From assembly GCA_000320545.1 (NCBI GenBank), contig ADNK01002609.1, positions 1,645 to 65,644 of the forward strand: a DNA stretch of 64,000 nucleotides. Reading direction: 5' to 3'. Below are positions 14,367-25,021 of this stretch, piece after piece. The notes under the pieces were generated by a model. It worked only from the letters and a program-made list of their open reading frames with translations, made no database searches and was not told where the DNA came from. Source of the DNA: Bigelowiella natans CCMP2755 (taxonomy: Eukaryota > Protista > Cercozoa). The position numbers and the translations under genes were made by a program. Every line of letters begins with the position of its first letter. Position 1 is the first letter of the stretch.

Positions 14367-14736
14367 AAGTTTCGCCGTACTTATCGTTACCTTCTTTCTT
14401 GAACAACAGCGTAACAGGATCAAGAAATTCAGAATGGGCATCTTTGACTCGTTAACAAATCTGATGAATTTGTTTGTCTTCGGCAATCGCAATAAGTAAG
14501 AAAGAGAGCGCTCATAATGAAATTGCGTTAGATCAGTGCGGGACGCTTCATTGCCTTGGTCTTACTTTCTGTCTGTCTACGTTTCTCTCTTCCCTACATA
14601 TCTCCACAGGTATCTTACAGATGGGGTTCTTGATGAGCTTCGAGTCTGTAAATGCTACGTTAGTCCCAGACATCAAATGGTTCGCGTGCATCCTACGTGC
14701 AAAGTGATACCCTTTCCTGACGAAAAGGTAGAATAG
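3727..14736 (+). CDS. Multi-exon protein with five tandem C2 domains, a basic/helical linker and C-terminal leucine-rich repeats (5' start uncertain)
   Basis: Spliced exons give five C2 motif sets: APMDSNGKSDPY..KKNLNPTWN..DHDLFGNDDFMG; AADSGGTSDPY..TKTLNPEWN..DRDIIGSNDFLG; MDSGGTSDPY..KKTLNPVW..DHDVIGTDDFIG; AADSGGTSDPF..KKNLNPRWN..DHDVFGSNDFLG; APLDGDTSDPY..KKSLNPTW..DHDVLSADDCMG. LRRs at 13911-14495 (LKFLDLHGNKILELPPGCFDELVNLETLYLHRNVIEELPEGIFDKLVNL). Stop at 14736. Confidence 0.8.
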
Positions 14737-14861
14737 TAGACCATTGGTGACGATGTGTGCATTTCGAGGTGCAGCGAGGAGCCGCCCTCTCCCTAACCTC
14801 GTGCTTCTCCCTCACATCTTCGGTTTCCACTCGTATCTGAATTTTTATTTTTTCCCGAAAA

Positions 14862-15263
14862 TTGGCAGCTCTCGCAACTTCCGCGAAGCATAAAGGAAAA
14901 GATATGGCCACGAAAAACGAAATACGGCGCGGATCGATTCGGTCCCGGAGGGCTCATCAACCGCTCTCATTCTTTAATAGGAGGGCTAGGGTGATGTTTG
15001 AACTGTTCAGCACAGAAAAAATGAACACAAACGTGATGCAGATCAGAACAAATTTGTGTGGAATTGTGTGGTTTGTTAGGTATTCGACAGGGTCCCCGAA
15101 GCACAGTGAGGAAAACCCCAATGCAACAAATGCAATGGGTTCGGGTTATGCCTCGGCAGGAAGTGGAGATGAAAAAAGGGGAGCAAATTCGAAAGGGAAC
15201 AAGACCAGCAAGGGGAAAAAGGGAAGCAAAAAGGGGAAGAAGAAGAAAAAATCTCGCAAGTAG
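14862..15263 (+). other. Lys/Gly-rich coding segment of an unresolved, possibly disrupted gene
   Basis: ORF ends ..KGNKTSKGKKGSKKGKKKKKSRK-TAG and the frame stays open beyond the stop into the TpA-depleted island. No domain recognised. Confidence 0.25.
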
Positions 15264-16743
15264 CAGTGCACTTCAATCTCCAAGACGTCAGCCGAAGGAG
15301 ATGCAACAAAGATTGAAGATGAAACTTCGACGTGTGGGAAGAAAGTCATGCAGCCATTGTCACCTTGCACCCCACACACAAAGATTTCTCGTTGGCACTG
15401 CAAATGGGACGCATCGTCCAAACCATGAACACCTGGACACGCACTTGAACCTGCCAGCATGTCAAAGTGTCACTGCTGGCCAGCGCGCGCGCCATGCAGG
15501 TGGTCACGCTGTCGCGCTCACCCTGGGGTGCACGTCGCCCTCGTCAGCGGCGTGTGCCAATCTAGAAATGGGGACGTGTCGAGCGCGCACTTGCTCTCAG
15601 CCGGCAAGTTCGTTGCAGAGAGACGCACGTGGCCCTGCCGACGGGGGACTCCCGTGCCTGCACTGACTTTGTGCGGGGCCCGCGTGTGCATCGCTGCTGA
15701 AAACACCACTGTGTTCACACCGACCGTGGTGATGCCCTGGCTCACTGCTGTGCGTTTGGGTGTTGCCACCTGCCTCGCTAGCTCGCTGTGGTGAGCACGA
15801 CATCAAGCAGTCGTTGCAAAAGCGTGCGTGCCACTGCGTTTGCACCGACCCTGGTGACACGCTCGCTCACAGCTGTTGGTGCTAAAACGACTTGACGGCT
15901 GTGCTTTGCGCCAATCGCGGTGCCAATTTGAAGCCAAAGTTTCGAACGAGAAACATCGCAAAGTCCTCCAGGTGTGGGAACGAGTGCCAGAGTGCACACA
16001 AGCAACCGTTTCCTGTGATGCACTTTGTTCTATGTTGTCGTTCTCAAAAATGTCAATGTGTTGAGGTGAGGACGCAAACTTTTGCCTCCAGCCCGTGACA
16101 ACGCAATGCTGGAATGGCGTGGCCCAAAGTCGAGGTCAATTGAAACCCTGTCAAACCAGTCTGACTTCGGTTTGCACGCACGCACTCCACTGCCACGATT
16201 GCCGAGAGCGATTCCCCACTGACATCCCCCGGAGGGCCATCGACCTGGTGCAGGGACACACATGTCCACATGCGTGTACGCGCAAGGAACACATGTGCCC
16301 ATGCACACCACATCTAGCACATGCACCCAAAAAGCACACATGCTCTGTTCACATCCCAACATGCACCAAACAAGCCACTGCACATGTGCCTTGCAAGCAA
16401 CACATGGTGCACATGGATGCATGTGTGCACATGTGAGCGCTGTCATTTGGCACATGTGCAGCTATGGGCACATGTGAAGCATGCGATGTGCACATGTCGT
16501 AGACGGCTACACGGACAGGGACATGCATGTCCATGTGCTGGGGTGGACTGCGGAGCTTGGGACCTGCTAGCCTGGTTGTCGTGATTGGGGGAAGTGACTG
16601 GATCGCGCAGTTGTTGTCGCATGTGCGCACTCCTGAAATGGCGACAGCCAATTGTCCCAGTGTCCGTGCTTTTGTGCATCGGGGAAACTTGAGAAAAAAC
16701 TGACTTCCAGACTTCGTTCTCTCACGTGCGCCTGCGTGCACGG

Positions 16744-18010
16744 CAAGGGTTTCTCACTCCCCGGGAATCCCGGCAGGGATGCGCGGACTTTCAAGGTGTG
16801 CCTTGTTTCGGCGGCAGCCGAAATTTTTTTTAGGATTTGAACTAAAAACGAAGATTTCCTTGCAAAAAATCGAATTTCATGTGTGAACATCCACATGGAT
16901 TTCCATGGATTTCTTTGGCCGAAATTGACGTGAAATCTCTGGCAACGCTCGCAACTTTTTTTCACACGAGCTCATTGGGGCCAACCCCAGCACACCACAC
17001 CAACCTTCCTTGCCCTCTTACCCTCATGTCAAGTTCAGAGAAGTGTGTGTTGAAGAACGGGAGTCATGTGAGGGTGCATCATGAACACAACGGGGTCGTA
17101 GTTGCACACGACAGTGTGATTTCTCTGCCAAAGTGCGGTTGGGGTCATGTGACGAGGAGGCAATTGCGAGGAGGCTGGACGGGAAGACACATCCTTGGGG
17201 AGAACTTGAGGCAATGTTCTCGGTTGCTGAGGACGAATGGCGTCACATCAGGAGAAGCTGCAAGGAGGATGGTTTGAAGGATGTGTGCCAGTCATGCCTG
17301 TGTGCTGACCACACAAGATGCATGTGCAGATCCGGAACACACAACCCTCCAGAGCTGGCATCGCAGTGTTTGATTGCATGTTCACACACAACACACACAC
17401 ACACATGCATTATATGCACACATGCACACATGCACACACACAAGCACACACACACACACACACACACATGCACACACACACATGCACACATACACGCACA
17501 CACCATGCACGTGTGCATCGTGGCTTGCCTTTTCTTCGTTCATCACTCGCTGTTGAATTTGAACACGTCATTTTGAAATTGTGAATCATTTCAGAAGAAA
17601 TGTGCCAATTTTGACCAGTGAAAAATGAACTGGCATGAGCCCGCTGCGCCGCGCTGCGTGCACACTGCGCCTCGCTGCGCCTGCCACAAACTGCAAAAAA
17701 TCATGCTTGCGCGCGCATTTTTGCTCCGGAAACGTTCAATTTTGTGTTTTGAGTTGTGAAAATTTGAGAGAAGAAAGATCTTTTTGCACCTGTCACTTTG
17801 GCATGGTTTTTGTGGAAGGAGGCGAAGTCAGGGGCGTTTCCGGAGCACTCAAAGTTTGTGCCCTACCCATTTTCGATTTTCCAAAAAACAATTTTTTTTG
17901 CTTCCCTGAGGGTCCTAGGGCCCTCACATGGTCCACAGGGGTCATGTGTGAAAGTTTGGAGTGGAATCCGCGCATGCCTGCCGGGATTCCAGGGGAGTGA
18001 GAAACCCTTG
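16744..18010. mobile_element. Non-autonomous hAT-superfamily DNA transposon (MITE-like, 1267 bp)
   Basis: ~44-bp terminal inverted repeats: CAAGGGTTTCTCACTCCCCGGGAATCCCGGCAGGGATGCGCGGA from 16744 versus its reverse complement ending at 18010, with 2 mismatches. Perfect 8-bp target-site duplication GTGCACGG at 16736-16743 and 18011-18018. No transposase ORF. An 8-bp TSD is typical of hAT. Confidence 0.85.
17385..17510. repeat. Degenerate (CA/TG) microsatellite, probably a converted (TA)n tract
   Basis: CACACATGCATTATATGCACACATGCACACATGCAC..: a mosaic of CA and TG units with residual TATAT. Confidence 0.55.
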
Positions 18011-19379
18011 GTGCACGGCGTGCACGTCCAACTCACGTCACCTCAGTGATCACAGTGGGGTGAATGCGTGGCGTGCACGAACGTTGTCGTGCCACGTGCA
18101 GAGCTCCACGAGAGTCTCAATTGACTTGGTGGTTTCTTCCAACAACGTTCCAACGCTGCCCTTCAATCCCTTGGCCTCCATCAGTGCGGGCCAGCGGGTT
18201 CAGAGTTGACCATCGAATCCTTGACCACCTCACACCACACGCCACCAGATTTGCAATTTTCTGTGTTTGTGCTTGTTGTTTCAGCGACGTTCCGTGGGTC
18301 TTCAAGCACTTTGACATGAAACATGAAACATGAAAGAAGCATTGATCAAAATCACACACGCCAGAACCACACGGGAGACCAGCGTTGACACAGCGTCCAG
18401 CAAATCCGGGAACCCGTGAAAACATGAACCCACCTCAGCGATGCTGGCAACAGCCTTCACTGCGCCTGCCGCACAGTTCTTGAGGACTGGCATCATCGAC
18501 TCCGACGAAGATGCTGCTGCACTAGTCTCAACGGTGCCGCGGGGGTCAGTCATTTCGGCCATGGTTTCCTGAGTTCTTGCAAGTTTGACGCGATCAGCTT
18601 GCAGTTCCTTTTCACGTGAACGACAATCAAAACCCATTGCTTATGTGACGGAATCGCCCTGCGATCTGCACATGCGAGGCTCCATTCAGCTTGTCGCAGC
18701 ATCCGACCGGACCGATTCATGCACAGATTCGAGGCACGAACTGGCGTCTTCCGGGTGAACGAGCTTCCGGCGGCTGATGGCTGCTTCGCTACTTCTGTCG
18801 GCGACGTCTGACGTGCTTGTCAACTCGGTGATGGTCGCTGCATGAATGAAAATAGTTGCGTGCGAATTGAGACAAACACCCTCTGATGGTGCTCTCAAAC
18901 ACAACAAGAAGATGACTCTCCAGCTGCACACTTCAAATCGTCGCAGTCCACTCGCACCATCAAATGACCACTGCTCACTGCATCGCATTTTTCTCGTCAG
19001 ATTCTCTACACCTACGTCATTCATTCACAGCCGGGCACATTCAGCTTCGAAGAAAGCGTTGTGGATTTGCTGTAATGATGACAATCTGTCACATGAAGAT
19101 TCACCTTCATGATGAATCTCAGAGTCTTGAAGTCCACCACCTTCACCTTTGCACAGTTTTCTTCGATATGAAACAGTCTTGCAGAGTATCATCCTCGTCT
19201 TATTGAGAAAAATAAACGATGTGTCAGGGTGCTAAGTTTTTTCCGAACCACAGTCTGTTTCTGCCTTCTGGTAATAAATGTCCAATAACGTTGTCTTGAT
19301 CTGAACTAATTGACAAGCCATTATCGTTATATTATATCGTCCATGAAGCCTATTCTCATCAAAACACTGATGACTTCCA

Positions 19380-21258
19380 GGCCTACCTCTACCGAAATGC
19401 TACGAGCGTTGTCATCAAAGCTAGATGCTTCGGGCTGGTAGTATCTTCGACTAGGATTTGCATATTTTTAAGTCCTAAATTTGAATCTGGGGAATCTATG
19501 CTGAATGGCAGCTGTTATGTTTCTCTTTTTTTCATTGCTGCTGTTACAGAGCGCCGTATCGTTGAGTTTTCTGTACGTCATTGTGAAGTCCTCTATATGC
19601 GTGCGGAGTCTGAGGAACTTGAGGTAGTAATAGTCTCAATAGTAGTGCCTCTAATGTGAGGGAGGGGGCTCAAATAGCAGGGAGGTGGCTTTGCGACAAG
19701 TCAATTCATATAAATATGCATACATAAATATCTTAAAATGTTTAAAATATGCGTAAATATATTATTATATATAATTTTATGTACATGCATACATGCATAT
19801 ATTTACAAACTTACTGTTTGCTACTGTAACTCTTATACACACACATATTATACATATATACATCAATAGCTATTTCGTCGGTCTTTAAACCATAGTGATT
19901 TTCCGCAAGCATTTCCTGCATGGCCCCTCATGAGAATGCTTCTCCCATACCTACACCCCAGCTTCGGAATGTTCGCCTGTGCGTACACTTGCAGCTTGGT
20001 CGAGTTGTTCTGCATCGCATCGTTAGAGATAATTGATGTTCCTGACGCAACAGCGGCTAAGTGCAGCTGGTGTGTTTCGCTCACAAGCCTCTGCTGCTGC
20101 TGCTACTGCTGCTGCCGTAAGTCGAGATCTAGCAGCTTAGAGCGGTGGGAAGATGGGGATGGACTTCCCACGAGCTACAGCGTAAATCACCAGCAGCACC
20201 AGCATCAACACCAGCAGCAATATAGCAGGATGCTTCAGGAAGTAGAGGCAGACGAAGGCAATGCGTAACACCCACAACGGCGAAGATTTCTTGAAAAAAA
20301 AAAGGGAAAAGGAGAATCATGAGGGAGGGGAATCAGACAAACACCGATGATTGATTGTTGCTGAAAAAGAAGAAGAAGAAGAAAAAGAAGAAGAAGGCGG
20401 GGGTGATGTTTTCCCATGGAAATCATACATCTATCGTCGATGTTGCTAGCTCCTGTATGAGGGTTTGATTTTTCTTGAAGAAAGGCTTCGTTCATGCCAT
20501 CTTGGAAAGAGAAGTAGTAGGGTCAGGAGGGGGAGGAGGAGTAGGAGGAAACTTATCAAAGCCCGTCAATGACAAACAGAGAGAGTTTGCAGCTTGTCCG
20601 CATACAATTTCCTCCATTTCGCATCCTCCTCATAGCATTAGATGTAGTAGGCACAGCGTCCTTCTTATCTTATTATTCGTCGTCATCCTCAGGTCAATTT
20701 GGCCACACTCATCTGAGATTTACTATCCTGTACGCGGCGCTCATTCTCTGCATTGGTACCTCCCCGATTTGGCTGTCGTTGGTACTTACCACTCCTCAGC
20801 AATGATACCTACAATCAAATAGAGAGCGACCAGCCCTGACCAACTGTCTAGAAAAAACGGCAATTAGCTGCGAATGAGATAGTGATGATGATGACGATAA
20901 TGATGACGATGACGACGATGATGATGACGGTGACGATTTCACGGGTCTAATTCCTAGCCATTGTTTATATGAAGATAATTCCGGATAAGATCATGCTGGT
21001 GAATGCCGTCGTTATGGCCCTCTTCAGGTTGGTCTACACACATAAGCACACGGAGCACAATTTCGAAATGTTCATTATCTTACGTCGCCGTTGGCGTTGC
21101 CTCCCCCCCCCCCTCCCCCCCCCCCCTTCCCCCGACAGCTTCCTTTGGCTTTGGGTTGCAATGAACGCTATTTGGAATTTTAGCTGCATGCTGACAAGGC
21201 CCGTGCTGAGCCTCAATGCACTTGAAGCGAGTCGAAAGTAGTTGCAGCAGCTCTTCTC

Positions 21259-21290
<32 letters not shown>

Positions 21291-21544
21291 CGCTCTTGCT
21301 GTTGTTGTTTTTGTTGTGTTGTGGTTGCAGGGATGGTAGTGGGTGGCTCTAAATCCTTGCTTCAATAACTAGCCATTACGATTCATATCTCCAACTACTA
21401 GCAATTACGATTCATATCTTCCCCCTCATCCTCATCATCATTATCATCATCATGCTGCCGTGTGTTGATCTGCTAGGAGAGACTTTCGCCATATCGTGAT
21501 CGTCCCTTGCTACCTAGACCCTGTGGAGGTGCTCTACATATAAG

Positions 21545-21580
<36 letters not shown>

Positions 21581-21926
21581 CTATATGAATAATATGCAAT
21601 ATTGATATGGTGTTTTTACCATCCGATCTACTATTAATACCCATTTATACAACCCATTCTCATGTTATAAGCATCTTAGATATGTTGATCCATCAAATCT
21701 CTTCTTGTTGTAGGTGTTGTTTGACTGCATGGGCTCGCTGATACTGCAAGGAGAAGAGGTGTCTATGCACTTAAGACACTCCGCCACATCTCCACACACC
21801 TCGCTCATTTTTATTTTTATCATTATCATTATCATTACCATTCTTATCATTATTGACCGTTACTCAACTCAACCTGCTCCTTGCCATCGTATGGTTTCTT
21901 CGTATCTTCAAACTCCCCCCCCCACA

Positions 21927-21966
<40 letters not shown>

Positions 21967-22366
21967 AAAGGTGTGCAAGCGACTGGTTGTCGTCGTTACA
22001 TTTGAGGCGCGTACACCTGGTACACACACACACACACATACACACAAACACACATATATTATTATCTAGTATCTCCTTCTCCACCTTTTCCCCCTGTTAT
22101 ACGTTCTTGTTTCTATATCTTGGAGATTCTTCGTTTCAGAGTACTAGCAGTAGTTTGTTTAGTGTCCTTTCATTCAGTGTTGCTGGTCTTCTTCCCCCCC
22201 CCCCCCCCCCCCCCCACTCCTGATTGATTCACAGATGTGGACTCGAAGGTGCAGGCAGTGCGGGCTGCTTTTACAGACAAATTCGGTGACTTGCTAGTTG
22301 TCCGGCACACACTCATACCCTCTAGAGAAATTCCAGGAGGTAATTTGCATGCTGCAGGATACTACT

Positions 22367-22406
<40 letters not shown>

Positions 22407-23002
22407 TGAGTATTTGATTACCAGATAATACCCAAATCATAGCCATTTCCCCTTCCTCCTCCTCCTCCTCCTCTTCTTCTTCTTCTTCTTCTTCTTCTTC
22501 TTCTTCTCGGTCGCGTTCATGCTCGTTGTCCTATCACCAATAATTGCCTCTACTCGTCACCCACCGCCACGCTCAGGCTGCTCAAACAAGAACTTCGCTC
22601 TCCGGACAGCCCATGCATTTGTGAAGCGAAAGTACTACCTCGGGGGGCAGGAGGAGCAGAAGGAAGGGGGGGGGGGGGGGAGAAAAAAAAAAAAACCAGT
22701 TGCTTCGTGACCCTCGTTTGTCTGCAGCGGGAGGAGAAAGGGGCCACGAGATTGGAGGAGGAATAGGAGGAGGAGGAGGAGAAGGAGGAGGTGGTGGTGG
22801 TGACGGGGATGATCAGCAGCAAAAGGACCGAAAACACTATGCAGTCACGGTTACCACGTGCGACACTGACTCCCTCTTCTACCCAGAGTACTTCACTACG
22901 TTAGAGGCGTGTTACAATGAGGCAAATCCGAAGCTTGGCCAACCACCCCAAATGCTTGTTTGGCAGCCCCCTCTCTTCTATAACTGGTAGTGGTAGTGCG
23001 GC

Positions 23003-23033
<31 letters not shown>

Positions 23034-23339
23034 ATAGTCAGTAGAAGTAGTATGGTGCGTCGATCTCTGATGATGTGCCGATTGATCACCGCATGAGATT
23101 ATGTTCTGTTCTAGCAGTTTTACTCATTGGCGTGCATTTCTGTGTGTGCTGTTTGTGCGGGAAGGAACCTTGACGAAAGGCCATTCTTCAACCGAATTAC
23201 AGGGATCATGCGTTCTATGATGATGCTGGGAGGTAGCGCGTATACTCTCTCACACACACACACACACACACATTGCATATCTCAAGATGATATATGGGTG
23301 TGTGTGTGTGTGTGTGTGTGTGTGAGTGTGGACGTGAGA

Positions 23340-23381
<42 letters not shown>

Positions 23382-25021
23382 CCTAAAGTATTTGTTCTAC
23401 ATGTTCATTATTATCGTTGGTCGTGGTGGTCGCCATTCTCACGGTCATCACTCCCTATGATCAACTGCAGGCTTAATCGCTCTGAATCTGAATCCTATGA
23501 GCGTCTTCTCCTACCCCTTAGAGCTTGGGTAGTACTTATTTCGTGATCTAATGCGTACGATGGTGAATTGACAGGCAACAACAACGACTACGATAATCAC
23601 CGCCATAGAGCCGAATCCTATCATCTTCATTCATGCATGCATCGTCATCTGCCCCCTCCTTCCCCCCCCCCCCTGCGTAGGGCCAAAGCTGGCTTCATCA
23701 ACCCTCGTTATGGCGTAGACGACATCATCGCGAAGGTGCGGTGGATGTGTGCAACTTCTGAGAAAGTTCCCGTGGAACTGCTGCCGGTGCCTGTGATCTC
23801 CGGCCCGACGATAGGAGCGACGTTCAGCGAGGAGTACAATGAGTGGGCGAGGCAGATCCGACGCTGGATTGTAGGGTCGTCGGAGTCGTTTCACTACTTC
23901 CTCATCCACTTTCGGGGCACACCGTTGATCTCTGGCCTGGTGTGGTTCTTCCTCTTCTTCCTCTACTACGCCGTTCTGCTCTGCTGCGGCGGCGTATTCC
24001 AGCTGCTCGCCAGCTTCCCCCTGCCATACGTCGAGCCGTACGTGTTCCATTATAGGCTTTCTCTCCTTCGAGGTGTAATAGTAGTAATAGTAGGAGGAGG
24101 AGGAGGAGGAGGAGGAGGAGGAGAGATTGATCAGAAACAACTCTCTGCTGCTGCTGTGGTCATCGTTGTTCGTAGGCTGCTGCTTTTGCTTGGCATCGTC
24201 GTTTTTGTCAGCGTTGCGCACAGATCGCAGCTGCGGTTTCGCCCAGGCGATTCTACATTCTCTATCTATCCCCTCTCCCCCCCCCCCCCCCCCCCCTCCT
24301 CCTCTTTGTTTCGATAAGACGTTGTGTTTGCCGTTTATTTTCCAGGAAGTAGCAGCGAAGAGGAGCACGAGTTCTCTTTGGCGTATGCGGGCCTCGTAGC
24401 TCTCGGCGTGCAATACGTGGCCTTTGCTGTGGCGTTTATAATCGATAGAATGGCCGTCCGTTACATGAAAATTAAGGAGCAGATCAGCATCACGCGCAAC
24501 ATCATGCACTGGGTTTTGGCCCCCGCCGTCCTTCTGGTGTACTCCCTGGTGGCATTTGCGAGCATCCTCAAATTCGTCTTTGTCGGAAAGAAGATGGCAG
24601 GGCACGATATGGCTGCGAAGGAGGTCTGATTAAGCAATCGGCCTAGTTGTTGTTGTCGTCGTTTCTTGGGTTGGTTATTGTTGTTGTTATTTTTGTTTAT
24701 TTTTTTATGCGATGAAGGGCTCGGATGTGGCTCGCTTATTTCTCTCCCTCTTCCTCCTCTTCTTTCTTCCTCCTCTTCTTTCTCCCTCCCCGAACCTGAA
24801 TTCTGTGAGCATAGGGACTTCAGACGGATTCCGTACTCAACGACGCAGTGGATGCTGCGCTCATCAATAACCAGATTGTGAACGAGGCAGGAAGTATTGA
24901 GCACAAGAGCAAAGCGCCAGCTGAAAGCAAGGAGTCAGCAGATGCCTACAGCAATGAGCTGCTGTACAAGCTTGGGTCACACGTCCACTTCGGGGGATAT
25001 TCAGAAAGAACTCATCGATGA
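19380..25021 (+). CDS. Membrane-bound processive family-2 glycosyltransferase, multi-exon; 5' end uncertain and may extend to ~18.4 kb
   Basis: Spliced exons read HIVIVPCYLDPVEVLFDCMGSL..VVVVTFEARTP..REIPGGCSNKNFALR..VTTCDTDSLF (DxD)..WQPPLFYNW..YGVDD..WARQIRRWIVG (QxRRW), flanked by hydrophobic TM segments. Last exon 24815-25021 ends in TGA. Confidence 0.75.

Larger units (their letters stand above)
15270..19140. other. TpA-depleted, CA/TG-enriched hypermutated island
   Basis: Manual count finds ~26 TA dinucleotides in ~3.9 kb, against roughly 200 expected from base composition. CpG is retained. ORFs here are nearly Tyr-free and rich in His/Cys/Met. TA frequency recovers abruptly on both sides. 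Confidence 0.85.

Noticed and set aside
13896-14500. Variable lymphocyte receptor-like diversifying cassette system
   Set aside because: Only one short LRR run inside an ordinary spliced gene; no flanking cassette array, LRRNT/LRRCT caps, signal peptide or GPI stalk seen.
18302-19024. Minus-strand ORFs as a possible transposase remnant
   Set aside because: No DDE, BED-finger or hAT dimerisation motifs recognised; open frames are expected here from stop-codon depletion.
15400-19100. Dense overlapping His/Cys-rich ORFs in all six frames, resembling metal-binding proteins
   Set aside because: By-product of TpA loss: TAA/TAG stops and Tyr codons are removed. No coherent domain.
23631-24605. 324-aa minus-strand ORF
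   Set aside because: Antisense shadow of GC-rich GT2 exons; no independent motif.
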